Below, in pieces: positions 14,138 through 27,530 of a DNA stretch of 64,000 nucleotides; the first letter of the stretch is position 1, and every line of letters starts with the position of its first letter. A program made the position numbers and the translations under genes. Source of the stretch: Paraspadella gotoi (taxonomy: Eukaryota; Animalia; Chaetognatha). Where the stretch lies: contig CM119270.1 of NCBI GenBank assembly GCA_051294375.1, positions 6,514,503 through 6,578,502 of the forward strand. The letters are read 5' to 3'. The notes under the pieces were generated by a model, which was not told the DNA's origin, did no database searches, and worked only from the letters and a program-made list of their open reading frames with translations.

Positions 14138-16042
14138 TTATATTAAATTATTAGTGCTTGCGATGACGTTAAAAGACTTTCCTTTTAATTCTTATTTTGA
14201 AACGCTCTTTGTTCTTTGACTTAGTAAGAAATTTGCGTTNNNNNNNNNNNNNNNNNNNNNNNNNNNNNNNNNNNNNNNNNNNNNNNNNNNNNNNNNNNNN
14301 NNNNNNNNNNNNNNNNNNNNNNNNNNNNNNNNNNNNNNNNAAATTTGAGTTTCACATTCGTATATTCTACCCTCTCTTTCTCTCGGTCTGTTTTTTGGTC
14401 AGTCTCTCTCTGAGTCTGTCTCCCTCTGGCTCTTTTTCTCTGACTTACCTACACACAAATTATGGGACCCACCGCGAGATATTCAACGATAGTTTATATG
14501 ATTCCCTCTCATCAAATGTTCAAAAGTAACTAGCATTCGTAACTATTTTAACAATTTCTTTAAATATCATTAATTTCAATCATCTTCACCTCCTCCCACA
14601 AATAACCCTTCACACATTTCTCCTCACTCTTTCTCACTTTTACCCTTTTTTTCAATCATCTCTCCGTCCTTCGCCCATTCATCTCTCTTCACCTCTCAGC
14701 CCTTTTCATTCATATCTTCCCTTTCCNNNNNNNNNNNNNNNNNNNNNNNNNNNNNNNNNNNNNNNNNNNNNNNNNNNNNNNNNNNNNNNNNNNNNNNNNN
14801 NNNNNNNNNNNNNNNNNNNNNNNNNNNNNNNNNNNNNNNNNNNNNNNNNNNNNNNNNNNNNNNNNNNNNNNNNNNNNNNNNNNNNNNNNNNNNNNNNNNN
14901 NNNNNNNNNNNNNNNNNNNNNNNNNNNNNNNNNNNNNNNNNNNNNNNNNNNNNNNNNNNNNNNNNNNNNNNNNNNNNNNNNNNNNNNNNNNNNNNNNNNN
15001 NNNNNNNNNNNNNNNNNNNNNNNNNNNNNNNCAGATAGGGTTTATTTTATTTCCTTTTGCCATATCTCTATTAGAGACATGTCATATCCTATTTTTGTCA
15101 TTTTATCATACCTTTATNNNNNNNNNNNNNNNNNNNNNNNNNNNNNNNNNNNNNNNNNNNNNNNNNNNNNNNNNNNNNNNNNNNNNNNNNNNNNNNNNNN
15201 NNNNNNNNNNNNNNNNNNNNNNNNNNNNNNNNNNNNNNNNNNNNNNNNNNNNNNNNNNNNNNNNNNNNNNNNNNNNNNNNNNNNNNNNNNNNNNNNNNNN
15301 NNNNNNNNNNNNNNNNNNNNNNNNNNNNNNNNNNNNNNNNNNNNNNNNNNNNNNNNNNNNNNNNNNNNNNNNNNNNNNNNNNNNNNNNGAGAGAAGAGAG
15401 AGGCAAAATAAAAGAAAAAGAAGAAAGATAAGAAAAGGAAAAAAAGAGAGGAAAGAAAATTAAGCGAAGAACATGAAAAAAGAGAAGAAAAACAAGAATG
15501 AGAACAAAAGAGGAAAGAGATGAAATGAAAATAAAACAATGAAAAAGAAGGGAAAAAAAGAATGTAGAAGAGAGAAAAAAGAGAAGAAAAAGAAGAAAGA
15601 GATCTAAAATTGAAAGAGATGAGATGAAAAAAACAAAGAGAAAGAAAAGAAAAAAAGAAAATAGAAGAAAAAAAAGAAGAGAAAAAACAATAAAGGGAAA
15701 AGAGAGAAGAAAAAAAAGAAAGAGAAAAAAAGTGAATAAAGAAAAGAAAGGTAAGTAAGAGAAAAAGAAAAATAAGAGTAGAAAGAGATAAAAATCAAAG
15801 AAGGAAAATAAAGAGAAGAAAAAAAGAGCAAAGAGAAGAAAGAGAAGAAAAAAGAAAAGTGGTGTTTCTAGGCGCCGTCGCCGCGGTCTCGCAGCGTTTG
15901 ATCAGCGATCGAATCGATAGAATCGAGGGGAAGAGGTTAATTACGCGACCTTTCGGCAATCTCCTCGATCAAAGTAGATGAGAGAGAGAGAGAAGAGAGA
16001 TGATGAGAGACGATCGAGAGAGAGAGAGAGAGAGATAGAGAG

Positions 16043-16078
<36 letters not shown>

Positions 16079-17078
16079 CAGACCAGCTATTTCTTCATTC
16101 ATTTATTTCTTTTCCCTCTCTTCTCGTTTTTAATATTTACTTTATATTTTCGGGTTGTGTCTGCATATATTTTTTTTTCAATAATTTTTTTCAATTTTAT
16201 TCTTCATTTCCTTTTCTCATTCTTCCTCCTCCTCCTCTCTCCTCCTCCTCCTCCATTATCTCATTTTCCTCGCGTTTATTCGTTTATTGATATTTTTTTC
16301 CTCCTTTTTTTGTTTCCTTTTATTTTTCTTTTGTCTTTATTTTCTTTCTCATCTCATTTCATATCTCCTTTTTTTCATTTATTCCTCGTTCCTCCCTTTT
16401 TTTTTTCTTTCTAATTTTGCCTCGATTTCCGCGTTTCCTTTTTTTTCCTTTCATCTTCTCCCGCTAAATGTTACAACTAGATAAAGACTGACATTTACTA
16501 CTTCTTTCCTCCGGGAACCCTCCTTCCTTCTTTTCCTTTTCCTCCCTTCTTTTTTTTCGCCTCTTCTGCTCCCTCTTCCTCCTTTCCGCTCCCTTTTCAT
16601 TTTCTTCCTCCTCATCACCTATCCTTCACTTTTTCGCGCGTGGTTTCTCTTTCTTCTCTTTTTTCTCCTTTCTTCTATGACTACTCTCCTCTCCCTCTCT
16701 CTCTCTCTCCTCTCTCTCTCCCTCCCTCCCTCCTCTCCCCCCTCTCTCCCCGTATCTCTTGCCCCCAGAAGTACTGAAACTCTCTTGCGCCGTTAAGCTT
16801 CAAGCTTCAAAACTCCAACGGGAAAAAAAGAAAGAAGCATTGAAAGAAAAAAAAAAAAAAGAAAACTGAGGGGGCTTTCTCGTTCAAGGGCTTTACCTGC
16901 TATTGATAATATTAATTCCGTCCCAGGCTCTCCCAGGTTAGGGCGAGGTTTTTTTCCTACTCTTCCCCGACATCTCGAATCAGCGCGGCCTTAGCTGGTT
17001 CTCAGCTTGTAAAATGAATAACCCCTGCATCAATCTAATATTTTCTAGACCCGTTTGCGTTTCCCATCTTGTCTTTAT

Positions 17079-17250
17079 TGTTATATTCGATCGCAGGAAA
17101 ATGCGCACCAGTAATGGATCTGGACGACCAAAATGATTTCCATCAATTATCGTTATCTCCTCGTGTGTATAATGTTAATAAAACTTCTCTAATTTATCTT
17201 AAATAAACCACGCCTACTTCCTTCGTTGTGGTGGCAGCGGTGAGATTCGA
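17079..17250 (+). mobile_element. Shorter relative of the LTR-like/tRNA-Leu PBS element
   Basis: TGTTAT...GATCGCAG start. ATGTTAATAAAACTTCTCTAATTT...TAAACCACGCCTACTTCCTTCGTTGTGGTGGCAGCGGTGAGATTCGA matches the reverse complement of about 40971-41052. Confidence 0.6.
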
Positions 17251-19197
17251 CAAAAAGTGGTTTTTTTTTCACCTTTTAACTTATTTACATTTTATTCTTA
17301 ACAAGTACAAAAAAGAATCGCTTATTGCAAAATAAACTAATACAACCTTATCACTCAGCGCCGGAAATGTTCCCCCGTTTTTTTTGAAATCAGGATCTTG
17401 AAAATGTAAAAATGCGCATCCCATTTTTTAGTCTTTGCTCTCTTTGTTAACTTTCGCGCGACGTTTATCCCTGCTCCCGCCCCCGATCTCACCCCCCCCG
17501 CCACCCCATCGTTCTCTGCGCGAGGAAGGCTTTTTCATCCCCTCGATCCACACACGGCGTTGAAAAGAAAAAATAAAGAGGGAGGAATGTTTACATTGTG
17601 CTAAAACCTTTCCCATTCCAACTCAGCGAGTTCCTGCGCGAGCGGGGAGAGAGAGAATAGGTTCTTGTTAGATTAAACATACATAAAACAACGAACTGTG
17701 AAAAACGTTTTAAATTTTTAAAATTATCCAACAGAAGAACTTTTGGATTTTAACTATATAATTTTAGTTTCCAGTTGCAAAAAACTTCGTCTTGCTCATT
17801 AAGGCGTAGTGAAAGTTGACATACTGAAAATTCTAAATTGTCAAAATTATGAACAACAACCACTAGTGAATATTAATTATGTAAAAAAAAAAAATTAAAT
17901 TTATGTACTGAGTTATTTAATTTTCGCAGTACGCTATATTATATATATTTAGTACTTATCCTTATAAAATGAAAAAAAAAAATTTCAAAATATCGCTTTT
18001 CTAATTGTTGATTTGCAGATTTGAATATTCCTTTCCGTCCAAAATGGTTGATTAAAAGGAAAAATTTAAATCATTTTTTAAAAAATTCTTTCCATTAATG
18101 GTTTAAAAAATTTTGTAAAAAAAAATATATTTTAATATATATAATATAAAAAGTTAAATTTTCATTGCTTAAAATAAATACTAGCTTTCGTAAAAATTTT
18201 GAATCCCCACTTAGATGAAGGGGAATTTTTTCAAAAAGAGTTATATCTTTTTTATTCAACTTTTTATGACGAATCCAAATCTGCAAAAAAATTTAAGGGA
18301 AAAAAAAAGCTGTTTTGAAATTTTAATAATTTAATTGGATATATTTTATACCATACTAGTATAAAATTATAAATATGGCCCCTACTGGCCGTTAAATAAA
18401 AATTGGTAAAATTATTAAATTTTTTCATACATAAAATGTTATGAGTATAATGGTTGTCATTCCCCCTTTCCACTTTTTAAGAATTTTAATTAAAAGTTAA
18501 ATTTTTAGAAATTTTACTACGCCCTTTTTCTGCTCATTGTATATCGAAGTCCATGTTAACATTAGAGCATGGTTGTGGTTTCACTGCGCACCCAAGTCCG
18601 TATTAAAACCTTACGTGTACCATTGTACGCGTATACCTTGGTCGCTCACCCAATTGTCGTGGCGCCTTGTGGCGCACGGTTCCATGAGACCTTTGCGCGC
18701 GAAGGTTCAAACATAGATCTTGGTGCGCAACCTACATGTAGCCCCCCACGATGTGTGTTGTTGCTTCCGTCCGCTTCGCTTTTTCTTTCTCGTCTACCTA
18801 TTTTCCTTCTATATCGCCGGTATATAGCGTCTACACTTAAACGATTTACCAAGTACATGATTCCGTTCGATCTGGCCGCCGGCAGCCGCCCAGGCAGCCG
18901 CCGCAGCCGCCAGACGCCGGCCGCTCCCCGACGACGCCGACCAATCCATTCCCCCCTCCCTCGGTCGCAGTGGATAACGAAGATAGATGAGCGAGCAAAG
19001 TTGCTCCGCGCCGTTCGGGATACCGAAACGAGAGGGAAAGCACAGAGACGAGAGAGGGAGAGAAGGAGAGATGAAGCAGAGAGGAGAGAGAGAGCAGTAG
19101 GGAGAGAGAGATGTAGATGGAGAGAGAAGAAGAGAGAAGAAAAGAAAAGAGAAGAGAGAGAGCAAGAGAGAAGAGAAAGAGAGAGAGAGAGAGAGAC

Positions 19198-19244
<47 letters not shown>

Positions 19245-19392
19245 CAGAAGAAGTTTTATGGCTTGAACCAGGGGTAGCATAGAAAGAATGAGACGAAAGG
19301 AAGGAGAGGGAATGGAAAAACGAAAGATGAAGAAAGAGAGAGAAAGAGAGAGAAGAGACGAGAGAGAGAGGATAGAGAGAGAGAGAGAAGAG

Positions 19393-19433
<41 letters not shown>

Positions 19434-19583
19434 GTTTGGCGAAGAAAGGAGAAACCCAGAAATTTGGCTCTAATGGAAAAGCGTTTGTAGTTGTGTCACA
19501 GAAATAAAATATTTCGTGGCAAGGGAAAGACGAAGAGATAGGCAGACAAATAAAAGAAGCAGAGAGAGAGAAAGAGTGGGAGA

Positions 19584-19625
<42 letters not shown>

Positions 19626-20137
19626 AGAGAGCGGAGAAGAGAGAGGAGAGAGAGAGAGAGAGAGAAAAGAGAGAGAGAGGAGACAAGACAGAGACAGAGA
19701 CAGTCCCGCTCTTTTGTTTATCGAAGAAACGTTTCCGCCGATTCCAGCCAAATTTCTTTCCGGAGTAAAAAAAATTTCCTTTTCAATTTTCGAGAAATTA
19801 AAAATAAGATAAAAAGAAAAAAAATCGTGAAGAATATCGGGTTTTGGGGTAAAATTTAAAAAAAAATAATAATCCGTTATCGGGTTGTTGGAAATTCGGG
19901 GTTTGAAATCGAAACTTTAGACTGCACGATGGAAAATATTTGTCGCGAAAAACACCGAAAGTCTTTCTCGTTATTTTTTTCAATTTCATTCGACAAATCG
20001 ATTTTGAGATTTTTTTTATTAACTTTTTCTATTCTATTTTTGTTTGTTTTGTTTGATTGAAGATAATTTTAGATCGAACTATATAAATAATTTTTGCTTA
20101 TTAACTTACGTATACATTGATTCTTTCATTCAATTAC

Positions 20138-20220
20138 TCATTCATTCATTCATTCATTCATTCATTCATTCAGTTCATTCATTCATTCATTCATTCATTC
20201 ATTCATTCATTCATTCATTC
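20138..20220. repeat. (ATTC)n microsatellite
   Basis: Tetranucleotide run. Confidence 0.9.
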
Positions 20221-20247
20221 TTTTCATCTTTCACTTTCAAATAGGAA

Positions 20248-20279
<32 letters not shown>

Positions 20280-20289
20280 ACGGAGAGAG

Positions 20290-20330
<41 letters not shown>

Positions 20331-20424
20331 GCCATCTCTATTACGAACAAATTCAGTGAAAAATTTTACTATCAACTCGAAAATCTTTCTTCCCTTATAT
20401 TCTGCTACATTTTCTATGCCACAG

Positions 20425-20557
20425 TGATAAATTGACGAAGACAGCGTCATCAGTCACAGACAATACCACTGAGCATCGCTGTCCGGTCACAAAATCCTCC
20501 CCGCTGTCGACACCTTCGCCACTGTCATCCACCGTACGGTCCGTACGCAGCGACTAA
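20425..20557 (+). CDS. Possible orphan terminal exon (Ser/Thr/Pro-rich)
   Basis: Acceptor TTTTCTATGCCACAG|, frame DKLTKTASSVTDNTTEHRCPVTKSSPLSTPSPLSSTVRSVRSD*, in a high-complexity island. No homology recognised. Confidence 0.2.
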
Positions 20558-20808
20558 AGAAAAAAACATTTGACTGGAACTTGGAAAAATACCAGGAGGT
20601 TTGATTTGAAAAGACCCGAGTTCAGCAGCGAAGGAAGCGAACGGTTGGCATCGCAGTCACGTCCCTACCTCCCCTGCCTCCAATATCTCTGCCACCCCCC
20701 ATCTCCCTTTCCCCCTTAGCCCCTCATTGACGCCCATATTTCCCTTCGCTTTTATCCATATGCGCATATCTGTTCGCGCGTTCCTTTCAATTCATCCGCG
20801 TCGCGATT

Positions 20809-20848
<40 letters not shown>

Positions 20849-21359
20849 GGACTTCCGGTCCGACGTGTCCCTTTCGCTTGACGTTTCATTCGTCGAGAGT
20901 AAAAGTCGAGCGTCGGTCTTGGAGTCAGACGTCGTCCTGGGCGTCGTCGTCGTCGTCGTCGTCGTCGTTGTTTTCGTTGATGTTGATGTTGCTGTTTTGT
21001 TTTTGTTTTTGTTTTTGTTTTTGTTTTTGCTCTTTGTCGATGTCGTGGTTGCTGTTGTTTTTGTAATTTTTACTCTAGATTGATTACATTCTCATTGCTT
21101 ACGTCAAATTTTATTTCTATATATGTATATTTTTGGGGGGGGATTTGTTGTCGTTCTTGTCTTGTTTATTTTTGTTTATTTATTTTTTTTCTGGGTTCTT
21201 TTTTGGTCTTTTCTGCTCAATTCGTTTTTATCATAAACCTCGAAAACCCTGTCATTAATTTGATGCCAATGACTCATTCATTTTAATCGTTTTCGTTGTA
21301 ATTTAAGTCTCTGTGTCGCGATCGAGACTGTGATTGTTATTGTGTCAGTTGGAGTCGTG

Positions 21360-21399
<40 letters not shown>

Positions 21400-21513
21400 G
21401 CTCATGTCTTATTCATGGTCGGCACCGGCGACCGCCTGACCGAGCGACAACGACACCTGCTATGCGCCTTGGCATCTCTCGTCGTTGCACCTGAAAGTGG
21501 TAGTGGAGGAAAA

Positions 21514-21519
<6 letters not shown>

Positions 21520-21569
<50 letters not shown>

Positions 21570-22748
21570 GAGAGAAGGAGAGAGAGAGAGAGAGAGAGAG
21601 ATTTGCGCTCGCCGGTGTTTTGTAAGATAAACGGAGACTATTCCCGCAAACGCGATTTCATAATTTTTTTGATTAAAGTTTTTTTCATTTTTTGTAACAA
21701 TTTTATTATTGTTTATCTTTTTTTAATTTAGGCAACATTTTCCTTTGATATTCTCGTTTTTCCTCAATGATTCATTCAACTCCTTTTACATTTACTTTTA
21801 ATTTATTGTTTTTCTTCACTGAATTTCATCTCCTACTGCATCATACATGTATGCAAATTTTTTTTTCAACTTACTAATGCATATTTATTACCACTTTATT
21901 TACTGTTTTTTTAATGTGTTTTTAACCGAATCATTTTTGCTTTTAGCTCTTAAGTTTCTGATTTCCACCAGATCAAAAAAACTCCTTTCATCTCGAGGCT
22001 TTCCATTTGATTAAGAACAACAATCGTTTGAAATTGGATTCATATTTTAGAAAAACATATATATTATATATATATTTGACAGTTTTAATATTTTCTTATC
22101 AAGACTAGAACCAGTATTTCTTTGCTTTTTATTTAGCATTTAGCTTTTCACATATTTTTTCCCGATGTTCATGTCGGTCAAATTCCGTTTTTTATCCCCG
22201 ATTTCATCCGAATTTGACCGGATTTTCTCGGGATTTTCTCGGCCTTTCCTACGGCTTTTATCCCTGCGAACCGATTATCGGTCAGCGGAGGGCGGAGGGC
22301 GGAATTCCGGGGACCGAGGAAAGAAATCAGTGGAGAAATTAAAAAGCGGCCGAGGGGGAATGTTGCTAAGTGGGCGGAGTGGCAAAGCTGCAAAATGGTA
22401 GAGTGGGTAAAGATAGATAGTCGAATGGCAAAATTGAAAATGGGCAAATTGCGAAGATAATGAATGAGAATTACGAAAACTGCGAAGCCAAAAAACTACT
22501 AAATTTGCAACAGAAAAAACTGTGAAGTGTGTTGAAGGTGTAAAAGGTACAAGGTGGAAGATAAAACGACTTTTAACGATACTGAAAACATTGTCTCCAG
22601 ACAAAATGTTGACAGGACTGCCTGAATAATTAATATTTTGTTAGGACGAAGCGTCTAATTAATTGTAAGCTAAAAGTTTTCAAAAACTTATAATTAACTT
22701 AAAACTTAAAAACCTGAAAATTTAAAAAATAAAATTTAAAAAACTTCT

Positions 22749-22780
<32 letters not shown>

Positions 22781-24219
22781 CCCCTCTCTTGCCNNNNNNN
22801 NNNNNNNNNNNNNNNNNNNNGGCCGCTTTTAATTTCTCCACTGATTTCGTTTTCTCGGTCCCGGAAATTCCGCCCTCCGCCCTCCGGCTGACCGATAATC
22901 GGGTCGCAGGGATAAAAGCCCGTAGGAAAGGCCGAGAAAAAATCCCGAGAAAATCGGTCAAATTCCGGATGAAATCGGGGATAAAAAACGGATTTGACCG
23001 AGATGAACATCGGGAAAAAATATGTGAAAAGCTAAATGCTAAATAAAAAGCAAAGAAATACTGGTTCTAGTCTTGATAAGAAAATATTAAAACTGTCAAT
23101 ATATATATATATATATGTTTTTCTAAAATATGAATCCAATTTCAAACGATTGTTGTTCTTAATCAAATGGAAAGCCTCGAGATGAAAGGAGTTTTTTTGA
23201 TCTGGTGGAAATCAGAACTTAAGAGCTAAAAGCAAAAATGATTCGTTAAAAACACATTAAAAAACAGTAATAAAGTGGTAATAAATATGCATAGTGAAGT
23301 TGAAACAAAAAATTTGCATACATGTATGATGCAGTAGGAGATGAAATTCAGTGAAGAAAAACAATAAATTAAAGTAAATGTAAAAGGAGTTGAATGAATC
23401 ATTGAGGAAAAACGAGAATATAACACAAGGGAAATTGTTGCCTAAATAAATAAAAAGATAAACAATAATAAAATTGTTACAAAAAAATGAGTAAATCACT
23501 TTAATTAAAAATAAATTTCTGAAATGCGCGGTTTGGCTGGAATATCTCCGTCTTATCTTACATAACACGCGGCCATGCGCAATTCTCTGCGTCTCTCTCT
23601 CTCTCTCTCCTCTTCTCTCTCTCTCTCCTCTCTCTCTCTCGAGAGTTATGACGCCGTCCAATAAGGCGCAGTTTTGAACCTGGCGTCTATACGCGCGGAC
23701 AGTTTAAACTGCACCCTCTTTCTGTTCACGAAAACTGTCTTTTTTTCTCTCTGTTTTGGGAATTCCCTACCACTTATTTTTTTACGGGGTATTACTTGTT
23801 GAAGCCTTTCTGCCTTATCCACGGCGGAGAATCCCCGTCCACTATTTTTGTGATGGGGAATTTGACGTTTGAAGCCCTGTTCCCCGCCGTGATATCGATC
23901 ATCATGGCGCAGCTCCTTACCTGTTATAAAAATATATTTAACTGAAAACATAAGAAACCTTACACAAATCCTAATGTTTAAAAATAAATAATTTATTTGC
24001 AATTTAGCATTCATTTCCATATCTTTAATTCTATAATTTTTCAATTTAACTTAATCTATCGCCTCATAAAAATGTATTCATTTCACATTTTTAAAAAACT
24101 TTCTTTCCTTTCAATTACTATTTTATGTTATTATTAGATAATTGTTTAAATTCACCATTAGTTTTAAAACTATATTCTCTTGTTGTACATTACATTATGT
24201 ATTATTTTGTCTCCTCCTG

Positions 24220-24250
<31 letters not shown>

Positions 24251-26253
24251 TCTCTCTTTCTCTCTAGTCTCTTACATCTTTGTGTCTTGAATTTGAGAAA
24301 AAGACAATTTGTTGGTTGTTAGTAGTGTTTTGATTTTTAATTCAAGTCTTCATCAGCACTTCTATTTCCATCGAAGCCTGTATATCCAGCTAAATAACAC
24401 ACTATTTTTAACACTTGACAATTATAACTATATTGTCTTTCTTTTCCTTTCTTCTTTAATTTATCTTTTTCTTCTTTCTTTCCTTTTTCTTTTTTTCCTG
24501 ATATTTTTTTTCCTTTCTTTTTCCTCTTTTTTTTTTTACTTTTTCTGTCAATATATCTGTAGTGATTAAAACGAAGTATATAAATAAAAAGAAAGGCAAA
24601 AAAAAATCAAATCTGTGACCCTCATATGTTATTCGCCATTGAGATTACACCTTGAAGCCCAAAAAAAAAGAACGTTTGTGAGAGAGGAAGGAGATGATGA
24701 GAGGAGCAGAGAGAGAGAGTAGGCCATTTTCTCTCCCCGTCATGAATTGGGGGCGGGGATTTGCCGGGCATATGATATCCCCAGGCGGGAAGACCGCCGC
24801 AGGGTTCGTAGTTGCGGTTTTGAATATAGTTCTCTTTCCCCGAAACTGCCAGCGAAGGTTAACAGTTTGAATACTGCTAGATATCCGGCACCCGCGTTAA
24901 TATCTCCCTCATTCTCTCTCTCTCTCCCTCACTCTGTAAATCAAAGTATATAATATTTCGTTCGTCACGGTTACCGCCAAGGTCGTCCACGCCCATTTTT
25001 TTCCCCAACGCACCCTTCGTCACCCATTTTAAACCCACACAACCTCGCAATTTGTAAACTCAAGTGTAAACATTAAAAAAATAATTCAAGAAATAACAAA
25101 AACAAGTATTATCCATTGCACTTAAAGTTTTTTTCTTTTTCTATTTCAAACCTTCCAACAATCTTCCACATTCCCCGGAACACCACCCGACTGCCGCACC
25201 TAATAGTCGTTCTGAGCCTCGATAGCCGAGCGCCCTGCTCGATATTTTTCTCGTCCCATCCACCCTACTAAGCTCATATAGTTGTAGTCGTGTGCTGTTC
25301 TGATAGCGCGCGCCCCTGTTGCATATTTTCCGTCATCCACCCTACTAAAGCTCAGTGATAGTGTTAGTTCGTTCTTGGCTCGATTAGCGAGGCCCCTGTG
25401 ATATTTTCTCCGTCATGCACCCTACTAAGCTCATATAGCTTGCTAGTCGTTCTAGGCTCAGATAGCGAGGCCCTGTGATATTTTCCGTCATCTCCCCTAC
25501 TAAGCTCATGTTAGTGTAAGTCGTTTCTGGCCCTCGATAGCGAGGCCTCTGGTGATATTTTCCGTCATTCTCTCCGCTACTAAGCTCATATAGTGTCGAC
25601 CGCCACCGCCGCAACACACCCCCGTCTTTTCTGAGCGTGGAGAGTGTTGACGCTAATGATGTCTGGAACTTTAATTTTCATCTTGGCCTTCAAGGGCCGA
25701 TGCTAAATTTTTTTTTCCTTTTTTTTTTCTTTGTTTTACCTTTTCTTTTTTTTTCGGCTCGCGTCGTATCTTGAACATTCTCGCTCTGGTAGAAGGCCGG
25801 GAAAACTGGAAAGTGGAGAGACGAGATGAGAGAGAGGAGAGGAGGGCAGGATAGTAATTAGATAGGATAGAGGACGAGAGAGAGTGGAAGTAACCAAGAA
25901 AAGATGTAATAGAATGAGCGGAATGGAGTTAAAGAAAAAGAAGATGGAGAAGTAACCGAGAAGAAGGGTTCAGCTGCTGAGTTTCCGAGAAGACGTAAGA
26001 GTAAAGTCGTACGGTGCCATGTGCGAAGAAAGCGTAGAAATCGCGCACATCCGTTCGACTGAGGCGCGCTGCGAAGCCTGCGTGGAAAGTTCGCCCTGGA
26101 CTAAGGCGACGGTTTGGCGTGGGGCAAGGTGCCGTCCGGTTGGCGGCGGCGTGCTGCGGCGGCGGCGGCTGGCACGGCGGCGGTTGAAAGTAAGGTGGCC
26201 TATAGTGGAGGATCTCTCTCTATGGGGNNNNNNNNNNNNNNNNNNNNNNNNNG

Positions 26254-26291
<38 letters not shown>

Positions 26292-27448
26292 TTTTAAATT
26301 TTATTTTTTAAATTTTTCAGGTTTTTTAAGTTTTAAGTTAATTATAAGTTTTTGAAAACTTTTAAGCTTTAGCTTTAGCTTACAATTAATTAGACGCTTC
26401 GTCTACAAAATATTAATTATTCAGGCAGTCCTGTCAACATTTTGTCTGGAGACAATGTTTCAGTATCGTTAAAAGTCGTTTTATCTTCCACCTTGTACCT
26501 TTTACACCTTCAACACACTTCACAGTTTTTCTGTTGCAAATTTAGTAGTTTTTTGCTTCGCAGTTTTCGTAATTCTCATTCATTATCTTCGCAAATCTTG
26601 CCCATTTCAATTTTGCCATTCGACTATCTATCTTTACCACTCTACCATTTTGCAGCTTTGCCACTCTGCCACTTAGCAACATTCCCCCTCGGCCGCTTTT
26701 TAATTTCTCCACTGATTCGTTTTCTCGGTCCCGGAATTCCGCCCTCCGCCCTCCGGCTGACCGATAATCGGTCGCAGGGATAAAAGCCGTAGGAAAGGCC
26801 GAGAAAAATCCCGAGAAAATCCGGTCAAATTCCGGATGAAATCGGGGATAAAAAACGGATTTGACCGAGCATGAACATCGGGAAAAAATATGTGAAAAGC
26901 TAAATGCTAAATAAAAAGCAAAGAAATACTGGTTCTAGTCTTGATAAGAAAATAATTAAAACTGTCAAAATATATAATTATAGTTTTTCTAAAATATGAA
27001 TCCAATTTCAAACGATTGTTGTTCTTAATCAAATGGAAAGCCTCGAGATGAAAGGAGTTTTTTTGATCTGGTGGAAATCAGAAACTTAAGAGCATAAAAG
27101 CAAAAATGATTCTCGTTAAAAACACATATTAAAAAACAGTAAATAAGTGGTAATAAATATATGCATGTAAGTTGAAACAAAAAAAAATTGCATACATGTT
27201 ATGATGCAGTAGGAGATGAAATTCAGTGAAGAAAAACAATAAATTAAAAGTAAATGTAAAAGGAGTTGAATGAATCATTGAGGAAAAACGAGAAATATCA
27301 AAGGAAAATGTTGCCTAAATATAAAAAAAAGATAAACAATAATAAAATTGTTACAAAAAATTGAAAAAAACTTTAATCAAAAAAATTATGAAATCGCGTT
27401 TTGGCGGGAATAGTCTCCGTTTATCTTACAAAACACCGGCCAGCGCAA

Positions 27449-27530
<82 letters not shown>

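Noticed and set aside
18569-19812. Long ORFs (237 and 346 aa)
   Set aside because: Kept open largely by (AG)n/(CT)n repeats; no recognisable domain.
25203-25595. CRISPR array
   Set aside because: Units are contiguous with no unique spacers, there are no cas genes, and the context is eukaryotic.
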